DNA of 64,000 bases, taken from positions 11,803 to 75,802 of IMG/VR virus record IMGVR_UViG_3300030119_000552; one strand, written 5' to 3'. The position numbers and the translations under genes are program-made. This DNA comes from a virus. A model generated the notes under the pieces. The model was not told the origin of the DNA and made no database searches. It saw only the letters and a program-made list of their open reading frames with translations. Below are positions 50,108 to 60,452 of this stretch, piece after piece; positions within the stretch are counted from its first letter, which is position 1; every line of letters begins with the position of its first letter.

Positions 50108-50851
50108 ATGTCAAGCAAGAAATCAAAAACAGTTACAAAAAACTTAATTCACGATTGTCACTTGCAAGATAATATGAGAAGCAATCAACTTACTCGGAAA
50201 TTGCAAATCAAGCATAAACCGTTTACAGACAAACAAAAAGCATTCATTGATATAGCTTTAAATGAGAATACAAAAATGATGTTTATTCAAGGTCCTGCTG
50301 GATGTGCGAAAACCTATTTAAGTGTATATTGTGGTCTTGAGTTGATAAGTAATGCAAAAGTTAGTGAACTTGTTTATATTAGAAGTGCAGTAGAAAGTGC
50401 TGATTCCAAGTTAGGATTCCTTCCGGGAGCACAAGAAGACAAGATGGCTCCTTATTTAGAACCATTTAAAGATAAACTTGAAGAATTTCTATCAGCAGTT
50501 GATGTAAGGTATTTACAAGAAGAAGAAAGAATTTATGGAATTCCTGTGGGATTTCTAAGAGGTGCAAGTTGGACAGATAAGTTCGTTATATTAGATGAAG
50601 CACAGAATATGACAGAAAAAGAACTTATAACTACTATGACAAGAATAGGTGAAAACACTAAAGTTTTTATATGTGGTGATGTCATGCAAAGTGACATTGG
50701 AAACAAAGGAGGATTGAAAAATATAATTGATCTTTTCTCCGATGATGAATCAAAAAGTAAGGGAATTTTTAACTTTGAATTTGACGAAGAAGACATAATT
50801 CGGTCAGAACTAGTAAAATTCATAGTCAAGAAGATAAAAAGTTTAAGGTAG
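50108..50851 (+). CDS. phoH: PhoH-family ATPase
   Basis: GPAGCAKT, LGFLPG, FLRG, ILDEAQN, TRIG, GD-QSD, IIRS. Confidence 0.95.
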   Translation: MSSKKSKTVTKNLIHDCHLQDNMRSNQLTRKLQIKHKPFTDKQKAFIDIALNENTKMMFIQGPAGCAKTYLSVYCGLELISNAKVSELVYIRSAVESADSKLGFLPGAQEDKMAPYLEPFKDKLEEFLSAVDVRYLQEEERIYGIPVGFLRGASWTDKFVILDEAQNMTEKELITTMTRIGENTKVFICGDVMQSDIGNKGGLKNIIDLFSDDESKSKGIFNFEFDEEDIIRSELVKFIVKKIKSLR

Positions 50852-50915
50852 ACAATATTTATGAAAATATAAAAATATATGTATATTTATTATATATATT
50901 GTTAGCACACAAGGT

Positions 50916-52796
50916 ATGGCCAACCAAAAAATAACAGATTTAAACAAGATGCAGAAGCTGTCCAAATCGGATTTGCTTATTGTAGTGGACACAGATGCCT
51001 CTGGGTTATCGGGTTCTCCAACAGGTGAAACGATGGCAATTGAGGCAAACACACTTGCTTCACAACTTGCAGAAATCCAACAGGGTGATGTAGGTATAAG
51101 TTTACCATCTTTGTCAGATGTCCCTAATGATTACACTGGATGGGGTGGAGGATATCTGCAAATTAATGAATCAGAAGATGGTGTATCATTTACAGACTCA
51201 CCTGGTGCATCTGAGTTATCAATACCCATTGCAAATGAAGATGGAATTTTAAACTTTTATGTTCCTGCGGGATCTTCACCTGAAGCAGAATATCAAGTAG
51301 GTAATGTATTAACACGCAACGGAACTAAATACAGAAAAGCATCATCAGTTTATCGGTCGGACGAATTAAATGCAGTTGTTGATGATACACTCATGGAAGT
51401 TGTCGGAGTAATTCGTAAAATAAAAAGAGAAGATGTATCTGATGCTAATTCTAAGATAGAGTATATAAACATTGCATTCGGAGGTCATGTTCAATTTGAA
51501 GGTGCTGACGGCAAACCTATAAAACCACATACATCAGAAATAGTTGATTCAGACGGAAATCCACAACCTACAGCTTTGGCAGATGGAGCAACATACTTTT
51601 TATCTTCCGACAATTTAAACGGAAATGAGGGTATGTTAAGCAGAAGTGACCCGTCACAATCATTTTCAGATGCGTTGAGTCATGTTTCAAAACCTGTGCT
51701 AGTGGCAACAAGTGAATCATCAGGTGTATTAGTAAATTACCGAGGACTAATATGTGAAAGTGGAGAAGAACCACATAAGTTCGTAATTGAAGTTGATGCA
51801 TCTTGTAGTAATGTTAAAGTTGGTGATGTTGTGCGTCTTAAACGAAAAATTACAAGAAATCTAGATGGTTCGTTTGGAATAGATCCAACTGGTCCATTTG
51901 AAGAAGTAAACGAGGGTGCTAAACCTGCGTATTTAGATGTGGTTATTGATGGTAATCATATAATGTCAAATGCAAGAGCAGCTAGTGGAGTACTTAATGA
52001 AAAAGACAAAGCATATTACGCAGATGTTCTTGGAATTGTTATTGTGTCAACATCGGACTACTTTCAAGTTCAAACAGCGGGAATGGTAAATTTTGAAAAA
52101 CCAGCTGGTATTTTGAATGTTGGAAATAATCAAAACAGAACAAACGCAATTTTCAAACAAGGATACACCTATTACTTGGATGCGTTTGAACCCGAAACAG
52201 TACAAAGTGAGTTTAGTCGTGCAAGATTATCTCAAACTATATATGATTATACTGAACAAGAATACGAAGATGCTTATCAAAACGGGATGGAATCAGCTAC
52301 ATGGGCAGACACCGACATGATGGAGGTTACTACAGGAATTAGACCTTTCAGAAATACTACAATACACAACCCTTTTAGGCGAGATGATAATACAGGTGCG
52401 GTTACTGTGTATGAAAAAGCAGTATTTTATGCAGTGAGTGATACACAAATTTTATTATTAAACTCACCTGCGTATCCTTCACCAGTAGACCAATGCAATG
52501 CAACAAACCCAAATCCGTCATCATCTACTTTTTGTGGAGCAGGAGGAAGAACAACGAATTTAACTACGACAGAAGCACCTTATACAAGTATAACTGCAAA
52601 CGCATTCATAAATTCTGCATTACCAAACTCGCAAGAAAATGATCATGTATTTATTACTCACACAGGATGGCAAGGAACGGACACCTTTCAAGCAATTGAG
52701 GGTCAATATGTAACAGAAAATTGGTACTTACCTGCGGATAGCAATACTGCAACTGCGACTGGAGTTTGGACTTTAATAAATAGGACATCAACATAA
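50916..52796 (+). CDS. putative tail fibre/structural protein
   Basis: MANQKITDL N-terminus; repeated VG(N/D)V...GV/GI...G.V.F...G.TY.L module. Confidence 0.55.
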   Translation: MANQKITDLNKMQKLSKSDLLIVVDTDASGLSGSPTGETMAIEANTLASQLAEIQQGDVGISLPSLSDVPNDYTGWGGGYLQINESEDGVSFTDSPGASELSIPIANEDGILNFYVPAGSSPEAEYQVGNVLTRNGTKYRKASSVYRSDELNAVVDDTLMEVVGVIRKIKREDVSDANSKIEYINIAFGGHVQFEGADGKPIKPHTSEIVDSDGNPQPTALADGATYFLSSDNLNGNEGMLSRSDPSQSFSDALSHVSKPVLVATSESSGVLVNYRGLICESGEEPHKFVIEVDASCSNVKVGDVVRLKRKITRNLDGSFGIDPTGPFEEVNEGAKPAYLDVVIDGNHIMSNARAASGVLNEKDKAYYADVLGIVIVSTSDYFQVQTAGMVNFEKPAGILNVGNNQNRTNAIFKQGYTYYLDAFEPETVQSEFSRARLSQTIYDYTEQEYEDAYQNGMESATWADTDMMEVTTGIRPFRNTTIHNPFRRDDNTGAVTVYEKAVFYAVSDTQILLLNSPAYPSPVDQCNATNPNPSSSTFCGAGGRTTNLTTTEAPYTSITANAFINSALPNSQENDHVFITHTGWQGTDTFQAIEGQYVTENWYLPADSNTATATGVWTLINRTST

Positions 52797-53260
52797 TGGG
52801 TTCGTTATATGACATAGGAAATATGCGATACAAGCATTTTACGTTTTATTCACGTGGAGAAGCAAGTGACTATACTCCGTTAGATGCAGAGTTTCCTGGT
52901 GTAACTGAGTTCCCAAATAATATTATTACAGACCAACAAAAAGCAGAGTACACAACACAACAGGCAAATCAACACCAAGTTGCTTACGACAAATTAATTG
53001 ATGAGTTAAAAGATTTTCTTGAAGCAGTATGGCCACTTGATGCCATATTTGGATATAATGCAGAAGACGATACAGCGTATGTTACATATATAAAACAATC
53101 AAGTGATGGTACAATCGTAATTGAAAATATATACACATTTAGGCGTTCAACTCCTAAACTTGGAGGTACTGCACAATGGATGTTGGCTCTTGCTCCGATA
53201 AAGTCGGTAAATCCAGAAGATTACATCACTACAAATACTAACACGGAAGGAGGTTACTAA
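52796..53260 (+). CDS. hypothetical protein (structural module)
   Basis: Translationally coupled between two putative structural genes. Confidence 0.6.
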   Translation: MGSLYDIGNMRYKHFTFYSRGEASDYTPLDAEFPGVTEFPNNIITDQQKAEYTTQQANQHQVAYDKLIDELKDFLEAVWPLDAIFGYNAEDDTAYVTYIKQSSDGTIVIENIYTFRRSTPKLGGTAQWMLALAPIKSVNPEDYITTNTNTEGGY

Positions 53261-53261
53261 A

Positions 53262-55328
53262 ATGGCAGGTTCCACTTTTAATTTAAGAGGATGTTCAAGT
53301 GTAGGAGGTTCTGCCGGAAATGGTGGTGGATGTGGAATAAACGTTAGCGTTCCTGCTATTACAGGTACACCTGAATCATCCGCAACTGAAATTGCAACTA
53401 GAGCAACAACATTACTCAGAGAATCTATTTCAAGAGAGATAAGAGAACACTTGGCAGATACAGGTATTGATAGCAGAAGAATTGCATTTGAAACTATACT
53501 TACATATGATTGCCCTAAAGTTGGTGATGTAGTTCGTTGGGATAAAAAAAGAGGAACATATGATAAAGCATATGCAAAATACGATTTGACACCTGGAATT
53601 CACGATAGAGAACATTTAACTGAAGTGATTGGTGTAGTTGAGAGAGTAGAAACAATTTGTGATGGAAGTGCAACGCAACCAACTGGTATTAACACTAACG
53701 CAACAATTGTTATGTTTGGTCATATTAGATTCGAGGGTATTGATTTGGATAACAATGCTTTAGAACCAGGTACTACATATTTTTTATGGGATCAAACTTT
53801 TCCAGAACACATTTCATTTGCAAGCAACTTATCAACAAGAGAACCTGCAATAAGCAAACCAATTTTACTTGCAACCGGTCCATCCGAAGGAATTATACAA
53901 CATTATAGACCCATGACAGGATCATCCTCTGGTGGTCAAACTGAACTTGAAGAATACGTAATCACACCTACACTCATAGAAGGTGGGTGGCAAGTTGAGA
54001 TACAAAACATAGGTTCTATGTCAAGTCGATTCCCACTTGTAGTAGAAGTGCATTACAATCGTTTGTTGGGTGGTGATGATTATATAATGTATAAAGAAAT
54101 TGGTGCGTTGAGAAGTAGTGAACAAGCAATTGTTTTAAATGACGAATCAAATAAATTTACATTTAATGTCACCAAAGATTCAAGTGAATTCGGAATTGTA
54201 TCTGGTGACGATGCAATTAGAGAAAACGGTGTCAACGGTGTCGGTGAGATTACTGTGAAAGTAAAAACAACAAACGGAGACAATTGGAGTAAATCATCAA
54301 TTAGAGACACAATCCCATTTGCAACAAGTGCAAAAGTACGTTCCATACCTAATCTACAAATTACAGGTCGTTGTGCTGAAGCACAGCAGGTTGACATAGA
54401 AGATAAGGTTGTAGGACCTGGTGGGCAAATAAACGAATCTCTTACAGAGGGTGCTATGTATGAAATCCGACTAGAAGAGGGAGTAGGTGGTTCAACAAAC
54501 ACAACACCACTTGGATTTGAAATTGATATGGCAACTGATTTGTATGTTGAAATGCGATGGACAAACGATAATTCAGAAATCGAATCAGTCATCACAAACT
54601 TCTCTTTGCCAAGTGATGGAGATAATGCAGTTGAGATTTTCCCAGCAAATGAGTCAAATGGTGGCATAACAGAAAGGCAGGTAACACTTCGTATTAAAAC
54701 TTCAAACGGTGAAGACCTTCCATCTAATCACTGGGCACAATACTTAACACAAGATTTATATCCAATTCTGTGTAGTGATGAAATGTGTTGTGGTTCTGAC
54801 AGAGCAATCATCAGCAGTAACTCAGGAAATTCAGTTTCCATAAGTGAACTTCTCGATAATACCGACAATACATTAATAAACAATCCAAACAATGCAAGGT
54901 TGTACACAATGGCAGATGGAAGCAACATAATATGGCCAACCGGTCAAAAACCCGTAGATGCTCTTGAAGTTTCGTGGAAAAATGTTAGAGAAGACATTCA
55001 AATTTGTTATCCTGTAGGAGTCAAGAGTGGCTCAGAACCTGCATTTATGACCATTTATGCAAATGAAGCAAGACCTTTTGTACCAGGTCAGAGCATGGAT
55101 TCATTTACATACGATCCAAGATACATACTTGCCGAAATAGGAGCACAAGAAACACTGAACGGACAAATTGTCAAAATGACAATAAACTACGGAACATCAC
55201 GTCAAGAGTGTTGCTTCTCAATTCAGTTTAACGGAACACTAGAAGGAACACACTATACAATAGCAGAACTGTGTGAATCAGGTCTTCTTATAGGTTCTAC
55301 ATTAGGTTGTCCACAATCTTGTGGTTAA
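53262..55328 (+). CDS. putative tail fibre/structural protein
   Basis: Same module (KVGDVVR...EVIGVV...FGHI...GTTYFL...ISKPILLAT) as 50916. Confidence 0.55.
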   Translation: MAGSTFNLRGCSSVGGSAGNGGGCGINVSVPAITGTPESSATEIATRATTLLRESISREIREHLADTGIDSRRIAFETILTYDCPKVGDVVRWDKKRGTYDKAYAKYDLTPGIHDREHLTEVIGVVERVETICDGSATQPTGINTNATIVMFGHIRFEGIDLDNNALEPGTTYFLWDQTFPEHISFASNLSTREPAISKPILLATGPSEGIIQHYRPMTGSSSGGQTELEEYVITPTLIEGGWQVEIQNIGSMSSRFPLVVEVHYNRLLGGDDYIMYKEIGALRSSEQAIVLNDESNKFTFNVTKDSSEFGIVSGDDAIRENGVNGVGEITVKVKTTNGDNWSKSSIRDTIPFATSAKVRSIPNLQITGRCAEAQQVDIEDKVVGPGGQINESLTEGAMYEIRLEEGVGGSTNTTPLGFEIDMATDLYVEMRWTNDNSEIESVITNFSLPSDGDNAVEIFPANESNGGITERQVTLRIKTSNGEDLPSNHWAQYLTQDLYPILCSDEMCCGSDRAIISSNSGNSVSISELLDNTDNTLINNPNNARLYTMADGSNIIWPTGQKPVDALEVSWKNVREDIQICYPVGVKSGSEPAFMTIYANEARPFVPGQSMDSFTYDPRYILAEIGAQETLNGQIVKMTINYGTSRQECCFSIQFNGTLEGTHYTIAELCESGLLIGSTLGCPQSCG

Positions 55329-55334
55329 TTTTAA

Positions 55335-56063
55335 GTGAACACTATATCAGTAGTAATACCGATATACAAACTTACCGGTTTTAGATTAAACAACTTTGAG
55401 TTTGTTCTAAAACAACTTCTAAAAATAAAGTGTAATATCGTTGTATACGAACAACACAGCGAATACACCAAAACCGACTTGGAGTCTCGTTTCTGTGTGA
55501 CTCATATAATAGATAATATAGATTCAGAAAACGTAATCCATAAATCCAAATTAATTAATCGTGCAGCCGAACGAATAAAGTCCAAGTACATATGGATGGT
55601 TGATGCAGATTTTTTTACTGACTATAAAGGTGTATTGAATTATGTAAACAAAAACACTCACGATTTAATAAGACCCTTTAGTTCTGTTTTGTTTTTAAAT
55701 GAATACGAAACCAATCAACTAATATCATCGGCCGGAGTTTCGTTGAACGGAGACTATTCCGCAAATAACCAAACTGGTAAGTTTTCCTTTATTGTTAATC
55801 GTGATCTTTTTTTGTCAGTTGGTGGCATGAACGAAGATTTTATAGGTTGGGGGTTTCAAGACTTGGATTTTATAGAAAACAGACTTCCATCAAATGTGTC
55901 GTTGGGTATAGTAAATCAGACGGGATATCATTTATACCACGATAGAGCATCTCAAAAATATGCTGATGCTAATTACAGAATGTACTCAAATACACGAAAA
56001 GAAAAAAAGTTAATAAAATCACAAGATACTGAAATAGAATATAGTGGTAAAAATTTTACTTGA
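55335..56063 (+). CDS. Glycosyltransferase GT2/GT7-C-like
   Basis: ISVVIP, VDAD, GGMNEDFIGWGFQD, HLYH. Confidence 0.85.
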   Translation: MNTISVVIPIYKLTGFRLNNFEFVLKQLLKIKCNIVVYEQHSEYTKTDLESRFCVTHIIDNIDSENVIHKSKLINRAAERIKSKYIWMVDADFFTDYKGVLNYVNKNTHDLIRPFSSVLFLNEYETNQLISSAGVSLNGDYSANNQTGKFSFIVNRDLFLSVGGMNEDFIGWGFQDLDFIENRLPSNVSLGIVNQTGYHLYHDRASQKYADANYRMYSNTRKEKKLIKSQDTEIEYSGKNFT

Positions 56064-56088
56064 CGAATTTTCTTCGGTATTATATTAT
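56060..56088 (+). promoter_or_regulatory. sigma70-like promoter (leaderless)
   Basis: TTGACG-17-TATTAT, 6 nt before ATG 56095. Confidence 0.7.
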
Positions 56089-56094
56089 AGTAGT

Positions 56095-56763
56095 ATGAAA
56101 AAATATACCGAATCCGAATTAGAGACAAACTATACAAACTTTATAAAATTCATTGAAGAAACCTTCACAGGTGAACGACAAGAAAAACTACTACATTTAT
56201 ATGGAACAGACGATGGATGTTTTGGTTTACGTGCATTAATTGCACCTGCAAGTGGAACTACGCACTACCACAACGCATACGATGGTGGGTACATTGACCA
56301 TGTTATGAATGTATGTAAAGCTGCAAGAGGTCAAAAAGTTCTACTTCAAAGTTTGGGAGCCAGAATTGATTTTACAGACGATGAGTTGATGTTCTCTGCT
56401 CTGAATCACGATTTAGGGAAATTGGGTTCACTTGATGGAGAACAATATCAACCGAACGATAGTGAATGGCATATTAAAAACCAAGGGAAAGTTTACAAAA
56501 TGAACACAGACATTCAATGGATGAGTGTAACTGATAGATCCGTTTTTATTCTACAACACTTTGGCATTACTTATTCTGAAAAAGAGTTTCTTGCAATTAA
56601 ACTTTCGGACGGAATGTACGATGACTCCAACATTCAGTATCTAAAGTCTTTCAATCCAGATAACGGCCTTAGAACAGAATTACCAAGAGTGATTCATTGG
56701 GCAGACCACATGGCCTGTGTGCTTGAAAAGTCTTTGACAGACGAGAACTTTAAATTTGATTAA
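56095..56763 (+). CDS. HD-domain phosphohydrolase
   Basis: APAS..HYHNAYDGGYIDH, LNHDLGK, HWAD. Confidence 0.85.
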   Translation: MKKYTESELETNYTNFIKFIEETFTGERQEKLLHLYGTDDGCFGLRALIAPASGTTHYHNAYDGGYIDHVMNVCKAARGQKVLLQSLGARIDFTDDELMFSALNHDLGKLGSLDGEQYQPNDSEWHIKNQGKVYKMNTDIQWMSVTDRSVFILQHFGITYSEKEFLAIKLSDGMYDDSNIQYLKSFNPDNGLRTELPRVIHWADHMACVLEKSLTDENFKFD

Positions 56764-56873
56764 TTTTACAAATTTGATAGTTTTCGTTATATTTATAATT
56801 TAGAACAATGCTCAAATGAGGTTGTTCAACGGATGCCCAAAACGGGATTCGTAACTAAAATAGGAAAAATAAA

Positions 56874-57371
56874 ATGAAAAACTACGGATATAACAAGTCC
56901 AATGGAACAGGACTTAATAAACACGTTCCATCACTACGAGACGAATTTTTAACTCCATTCGACTCTATTTTTGATAAAATGGTAAATCAAGCATTCCCAA
57001 ACTTCGGGCAAGAATTCGGAGTAAACTTTTTTGGGAATAGTTCATACCCAAGGGTTAATGTTGCTGACACACACAATGAAGTTCGTATAGAAGCAGAAAT
57101 CGCAGGATTGGATAAAAACGATGTTTCTGTTGAATATGAGGATGGACTACTAACAATTTCAGGTGACAAAAAAACTGAGATTGAAGATCCAGACGTTAAG
57201 TATGTATACAAAGAACTTAAACGTTCTTCTTTTAAACGTTCTTTTAAGGTGGATGATTCAACATTAGAAGTGGGAAAAATTTCTGCCAAGTTTGACAACG
57301 GAATACTAAATGTAGTAATTCCAAAGAAAAAGGTAATAGAATCCAAAGCAAAGAAGGTTAAAATTCTTTAA
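56874..57371 (+). CDS. hsp20: Small heat-shock protein Hsp20
   Basis: YPRVNV, AGLDK, LTISG, SFKRSF, A-FDNGIL-V-IPK. Confidence 0.95.
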   Translation: MKNYGYNKSNGTGLNKHVPSLRDEFLTPFDSIFDKMVNQAFPNFGQEFGVNFFGNSSYPRVNVADTHNEVRIEAEIAGLDKNDVSVEYEDGLLTISGDKKTEIEDPDVKYVYKELKRSSFKRSFKVDDSTLEVGKISAKFDNGILNVVIPKKKVIESKAKKVKIL

Positions 57372-57394
57372 GAAACACGATAGATAGTTATCGG

Positions 57395-57427
57395 AACGGG
57401 TGTATGTAAAAATACACCCGTTTTTTT
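57395..57427 (+). terminator. Intrinsic terminator
   Basis: AACGGGTGTAT-6nt-ATACACCCG then T7. Confidence 0.85.
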
Positions 57428-57493
57428 ATAATTATATTATATTTATACAAGGTGATACTAATTAAATAAACTGATGGGAGGATATATATTATT

Positions 57494-58594
57494 ATGAAGA
57501 TGTTTACGGCAATTGTAGGTCTGTTGGCACTTGCGGTGGCAGGAACGGCAGCTTTCTTTTCGGTTTGGGGAATTAGTTTATTGTTCGCAGGAGCATCTAT
57601 CGCAGCTATGGTAATGGCTGGAGTTCTTGAGGCTGGTAAGTTGGTAATGACATCCTTTTTGTATAGATATTGGGACAGAGTTCCACGTATGCTACGAATA
57701 TATTCTACTGCGGCGGTTATTACTTTAGTAGGCATCACCTCGCTTGGTATTTATGGATTTCTAAGTGATGCATATGACGATACCCGTGCAAAAGTTGAAA
57801 TGCACAACAATAATATCGTGCAAATACAAGCAGAAAACGATCATATTAAGGGTGAAATGGAATCACTCAAGCAATCATCTGATACGGTTGACAATAAATC
57901 TACGGAAACTATTGCTGGATTTCAAAAAATATACGATGATTTCGTCAAAGATAGACGTGACCGACAAACATCTCTCTCAGACAGATATAAATCAGACTCT
58001 GAAACACGTCAAACACGCAGACAACAATTACTAGATAGGCTTGAGGTACTTGATAAGGCAAGAAGTGAATTGGAGGCCTCCGGTGGGGGATTATTCTCAA
58101 ACAAGAAGAAAAAACTAGAAGAACTTTCAACCGCACAGGCACCAGAAAGAACATCTATTGCAGAATCTATGAAAAAAATAGATGCAGAGGAGACCGAGGC
58201 AACCACGACTTATAACAATCAAATAAATGCTATTGATTCCGAAATTGAAAAAGAATATGAGGTGTTCGTTGGTAAGGTTAATAATTTACGTGATGAATCA
58301 AACAAGATTGATAATACATCTACTATTGAAGAAAACTTTGAAAAACTAAGAAAGAACGAAGAAAGAATTCTTGCAGAAAAAGATGCTATTAGAAATACTG
58401 ATATTGGCAGTTTTAAGTTTATTGCTGAGTCATTTAATGCAGAACTAGATCAAGTTGTAAAGTGGTTTATTATTGTAATCGTTATAGTATTTGACCCACT
58501 TGCAATTGCTTTAGTATTAGCATATAATATTATTTCCGGTGGAAAGTTGACACGTGATGACGAAATAGACGCACCGAAAAAAAAAATTGGATAG
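57494..58594 (+). CDS. Membrane-anchored coiled-coil protein (0-frame product)
   Basis: N-terminal TM helices, LEAGK, long coiled coil, C-terminal TM with FDPLA; ends 8 nt after an A10 run. Confidence 0.8.
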   Translation: MKMFTAIVGLLALAVAGTAAFFSVWGISLLFAGASIAAMVMAGVLEAGKLVMTSFLYRYWDRVPRMLRIYSTAAVITLVGITSLGIYGFLSDAYDDTRAKVEMHNNNIVQIQAENDHIKGEMESLKQSSDTVDNKSTETIAGFQKIYDDFVKDRRDRQTSLSDRYKSDSETRQTRRQQLLDRLEVLDKARSELEASGGGLFSNKKKKLEELSTAQAPERTSIAESMKKIDAEETEATTTYNNQINAIDSEIEKEYEVFVGKVNNLRDESNKIDNTSTIEENFEKLRKNEERILAEKDAIRNTDIGSFKFIAESFNAELDQVVKWFIIVIVIVFDPLAIALVLAYNIISGGKLTRDDEIDAPKKKIG

Positions 58595-59283
58595 ATAATC
58601 TACCGTTTGCCAAGAAGTATCAAGACAATGGAGAGTTTGAAGAACCAACTCCAACGCCTACCCCAACTCCAACTCCAAACCCAACGCCTACTCCGACACC
58701 AACTCCAACTCCAACCCCAACTCCGACACCAACTCCAACCCCAACTCCAACACCGACGCCGACGCCTACTCCAACTCCAACACCGACGCCGACGCCGACG
58801 CCTACTCCAACACCGACACCTACTCCTACTCCGACACCAACTCCCACTCCAACACCGACGCCGACGCCTACTCCAACTCCAACTCCAACACCGACGCCGA
58901 CGCCTACTCCAACACCTACTCCTACTCCGACACCAACTCCAACTCCAACTCCAACACCGACGCCGACGCCTACTCCAACACCGACACCTACTCCTACACC
59001 AACTCCAAAAAAAGTGGAAGATGATAATGTTATATCAACTCCGATGTATGATAACAAGGAAGAGTGGGAAGAATATGTAAGGGTAAATCAATTAGATCCA
59101 CGTGGGTTCAATAAAGGACCTTATTATGTTCCGTGGAAAGAAACTTCAATGAAAGCATACGAGGAATATATTATACGCAAGAGATACAAACGAGACAGAG
59201 AATATATACCAGGAAGTACACTCGGTAATATGCCTACAAAAAAAGAATCGGACAAAAAAGACGATACAAAAAAAGATAACTAA
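58561..59283 (+). CDS. -1 frame extension of 57494 gene: NWIDNLPF...(PT)~60...C-terminal domain
   Basis: Frame open 58561-59283 with no ATG/GTG/TTG before 59014; joined by -1 shift at A10 (58577-58586). Confidence 0.7.
   Translation, partial: RNRRTEKKNWIDNLPFAKKYQDNGEFEEPTPTPTPTPTPNPTPTPTPTPTPTPTPTPTPTPTPTPTPTPTPTPTPTPTPTPTPTPTPTPTPTPTPTPTPTPTPTPTPTPTPTPTPTPTPTPTPTPTPTPTPTPTPTPTPTPTPTPTPTPKKVEDDNVISTPMYDNKEEWEEYVRVNQLDPRGFNKGPYYVPWKETSMKAYEEYIIRKRYKRDREYIPGSTLGNMPTKKESDKKDDTKKDN
58645..59007 (+). repeat. (CCN ACN)n hexamer repeat encoding Pro-Thr
   Basis: 121 codons of alternating P/T (one N); variation almost confined to third positions in this frame. Confidence 0.95.
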
Positions 59284-59312
59284 TAATTTATTTTGTTGAC
59301 ATATAAATATAT

Positions 59313-59606
59313 ATGTATTATATAACACCTATGTATGAAACGTATTTTATTGTTGCGTTGGCAATTTCGTGGCTAATTTTTATACCTACACTGGTATATA
59401 TTATAAGAAATTTATATATTAAAAATAATGTATATGAAACTTGGGTTGTGGAAACAAAAGACGCAGTTTCTAAACTAAATAATGATATTAAGGATATTGA
59501 TTCTAAAGAATTATTTGAAAGTGACGATGAAGTAGGGGTAGTATACACTGGTATACGAGATTTGATACGTGAACTTGACAATAAAATTAACGAGGACGAT
59601 ATATGA
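59313..59606 (+). CDS. small membrane protein
   Basis: N-terminal TM; FESDDEVG motif. Confidence 0.65.
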   Translation: MYYITPMYETYFIVALAISWLIFIPTLVYIIRNLYIKNNVYETWVVETKDAVSKLNNDIKDIDSKELFESDDEVGVVYTGIRDLIRELDNKINEDDI

Positions 59607-60412
59607 GAGCAAATGCCAAGACCGAAGCAAATAAAAAAACAAAGACAACCACAAAGACCAAAGCAAATGCCACGGATGAAGAACAACCATTACCAAAGAA
59701 AAGAAGACGTCGTAGGTCAAAAACTAAAAAGAAAATGTATTTCACACAGGAGACCGAAGATGCAATTGTTGCGTACAATGAGTCGGAAGATCCCAAGTTG
59801 AGAAATGACATATATAATGAAAAAATAAGTTATGCGTTTGATAAACTTGCTGAAAACATTCTTAATACATTTAAATTTTCTTATTTTCAATGCAGTCACG
59901 AAGATGTGCAACGGGAAACTGTAAGCAATTTAGTAAGTAACATTCACAAATACAAACAAGAAAATGGTAAAGCATTTTCATACTTCAGTATTATTGCGAA
60001 AAACTTTCTTATATTATATAATAACGGAAACTATAAAAAGTTCAAAAGACACACAAGTGTGGATGACGATGAAATTATATACGAACAAAAAGAGCTTACT
60101 GTAACTCCGAAAACAGAAATCAAGAAAAAAGAACTAAACGAATTTATAAGATTAATGATAGATTATTGGGATGAAAACCTTGAAAAGTTTTTTAAAAAAC
60201 CACAAGAAATTCAAATCGCAGCTGCGGTTGTTGAGATTTTTAGAAGACGTGATTCTATTGAAAACTTTAATAAGAAAGCATTATATTTGTATATAAGAGA
60301 AATGACGGATTGCAAAACTCAAAATATAACAAAAGTTGTCAATAAAATGAAAGACACCCAAACAGCTCTACACCGAAAATATTTAGATGAGGGTAGAATT
60401 GATTTAGACTGA
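59603..60412 (+). CDS. Phage late-transcription sigma factor (gp55-like)
   Basis: YF...AI..Y...KLAEN...FSYF...KAFSYFSIIAKN resembles the sigma region-2 core of gp55. Confidence 0.65.
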   Translation: MRANAKTEANKKTKTTTKTKANATDEEQPLPKKRRRRRSKTKKKMYFTQETEDAIVAYNESEDPKLRNDIYNEKISYAFDKLAENILNTFKFSYFQCSHEDVQRETVSNLVSNIHKYKQENGKAFSYFSIIAKNFLILYNNGNYKKFKRHTSVDDDEIIYEQKELTVTPKTEIKKKELNEFIRLMIDYWDENLEKFFKKPQEIQIAAAVVEIFRRRDSIENFNKKALYLYIREMTDCKTQNITKVVNKMKDTQTALHRKYLDEGRIDLD

Positions 60413-60452
60413 GTTATTGTAAAAAACATATATACATTCATATTTATATTTT

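Noticed and set aside
58645-59007. Possible CRISPR array or telomere-like repeat
   Set aside because: Degenerate hexamer coding repeat with no unique spacers.
58607-59080. Q/R/L-rich ORF (+) and (GV)n ORF 58620-59057 (-)
   Set aside because: Shadow frames of the Pro-Thr repeat. The PT frame is co-directional with its neighbours and continues into a normal C-terminal domain.
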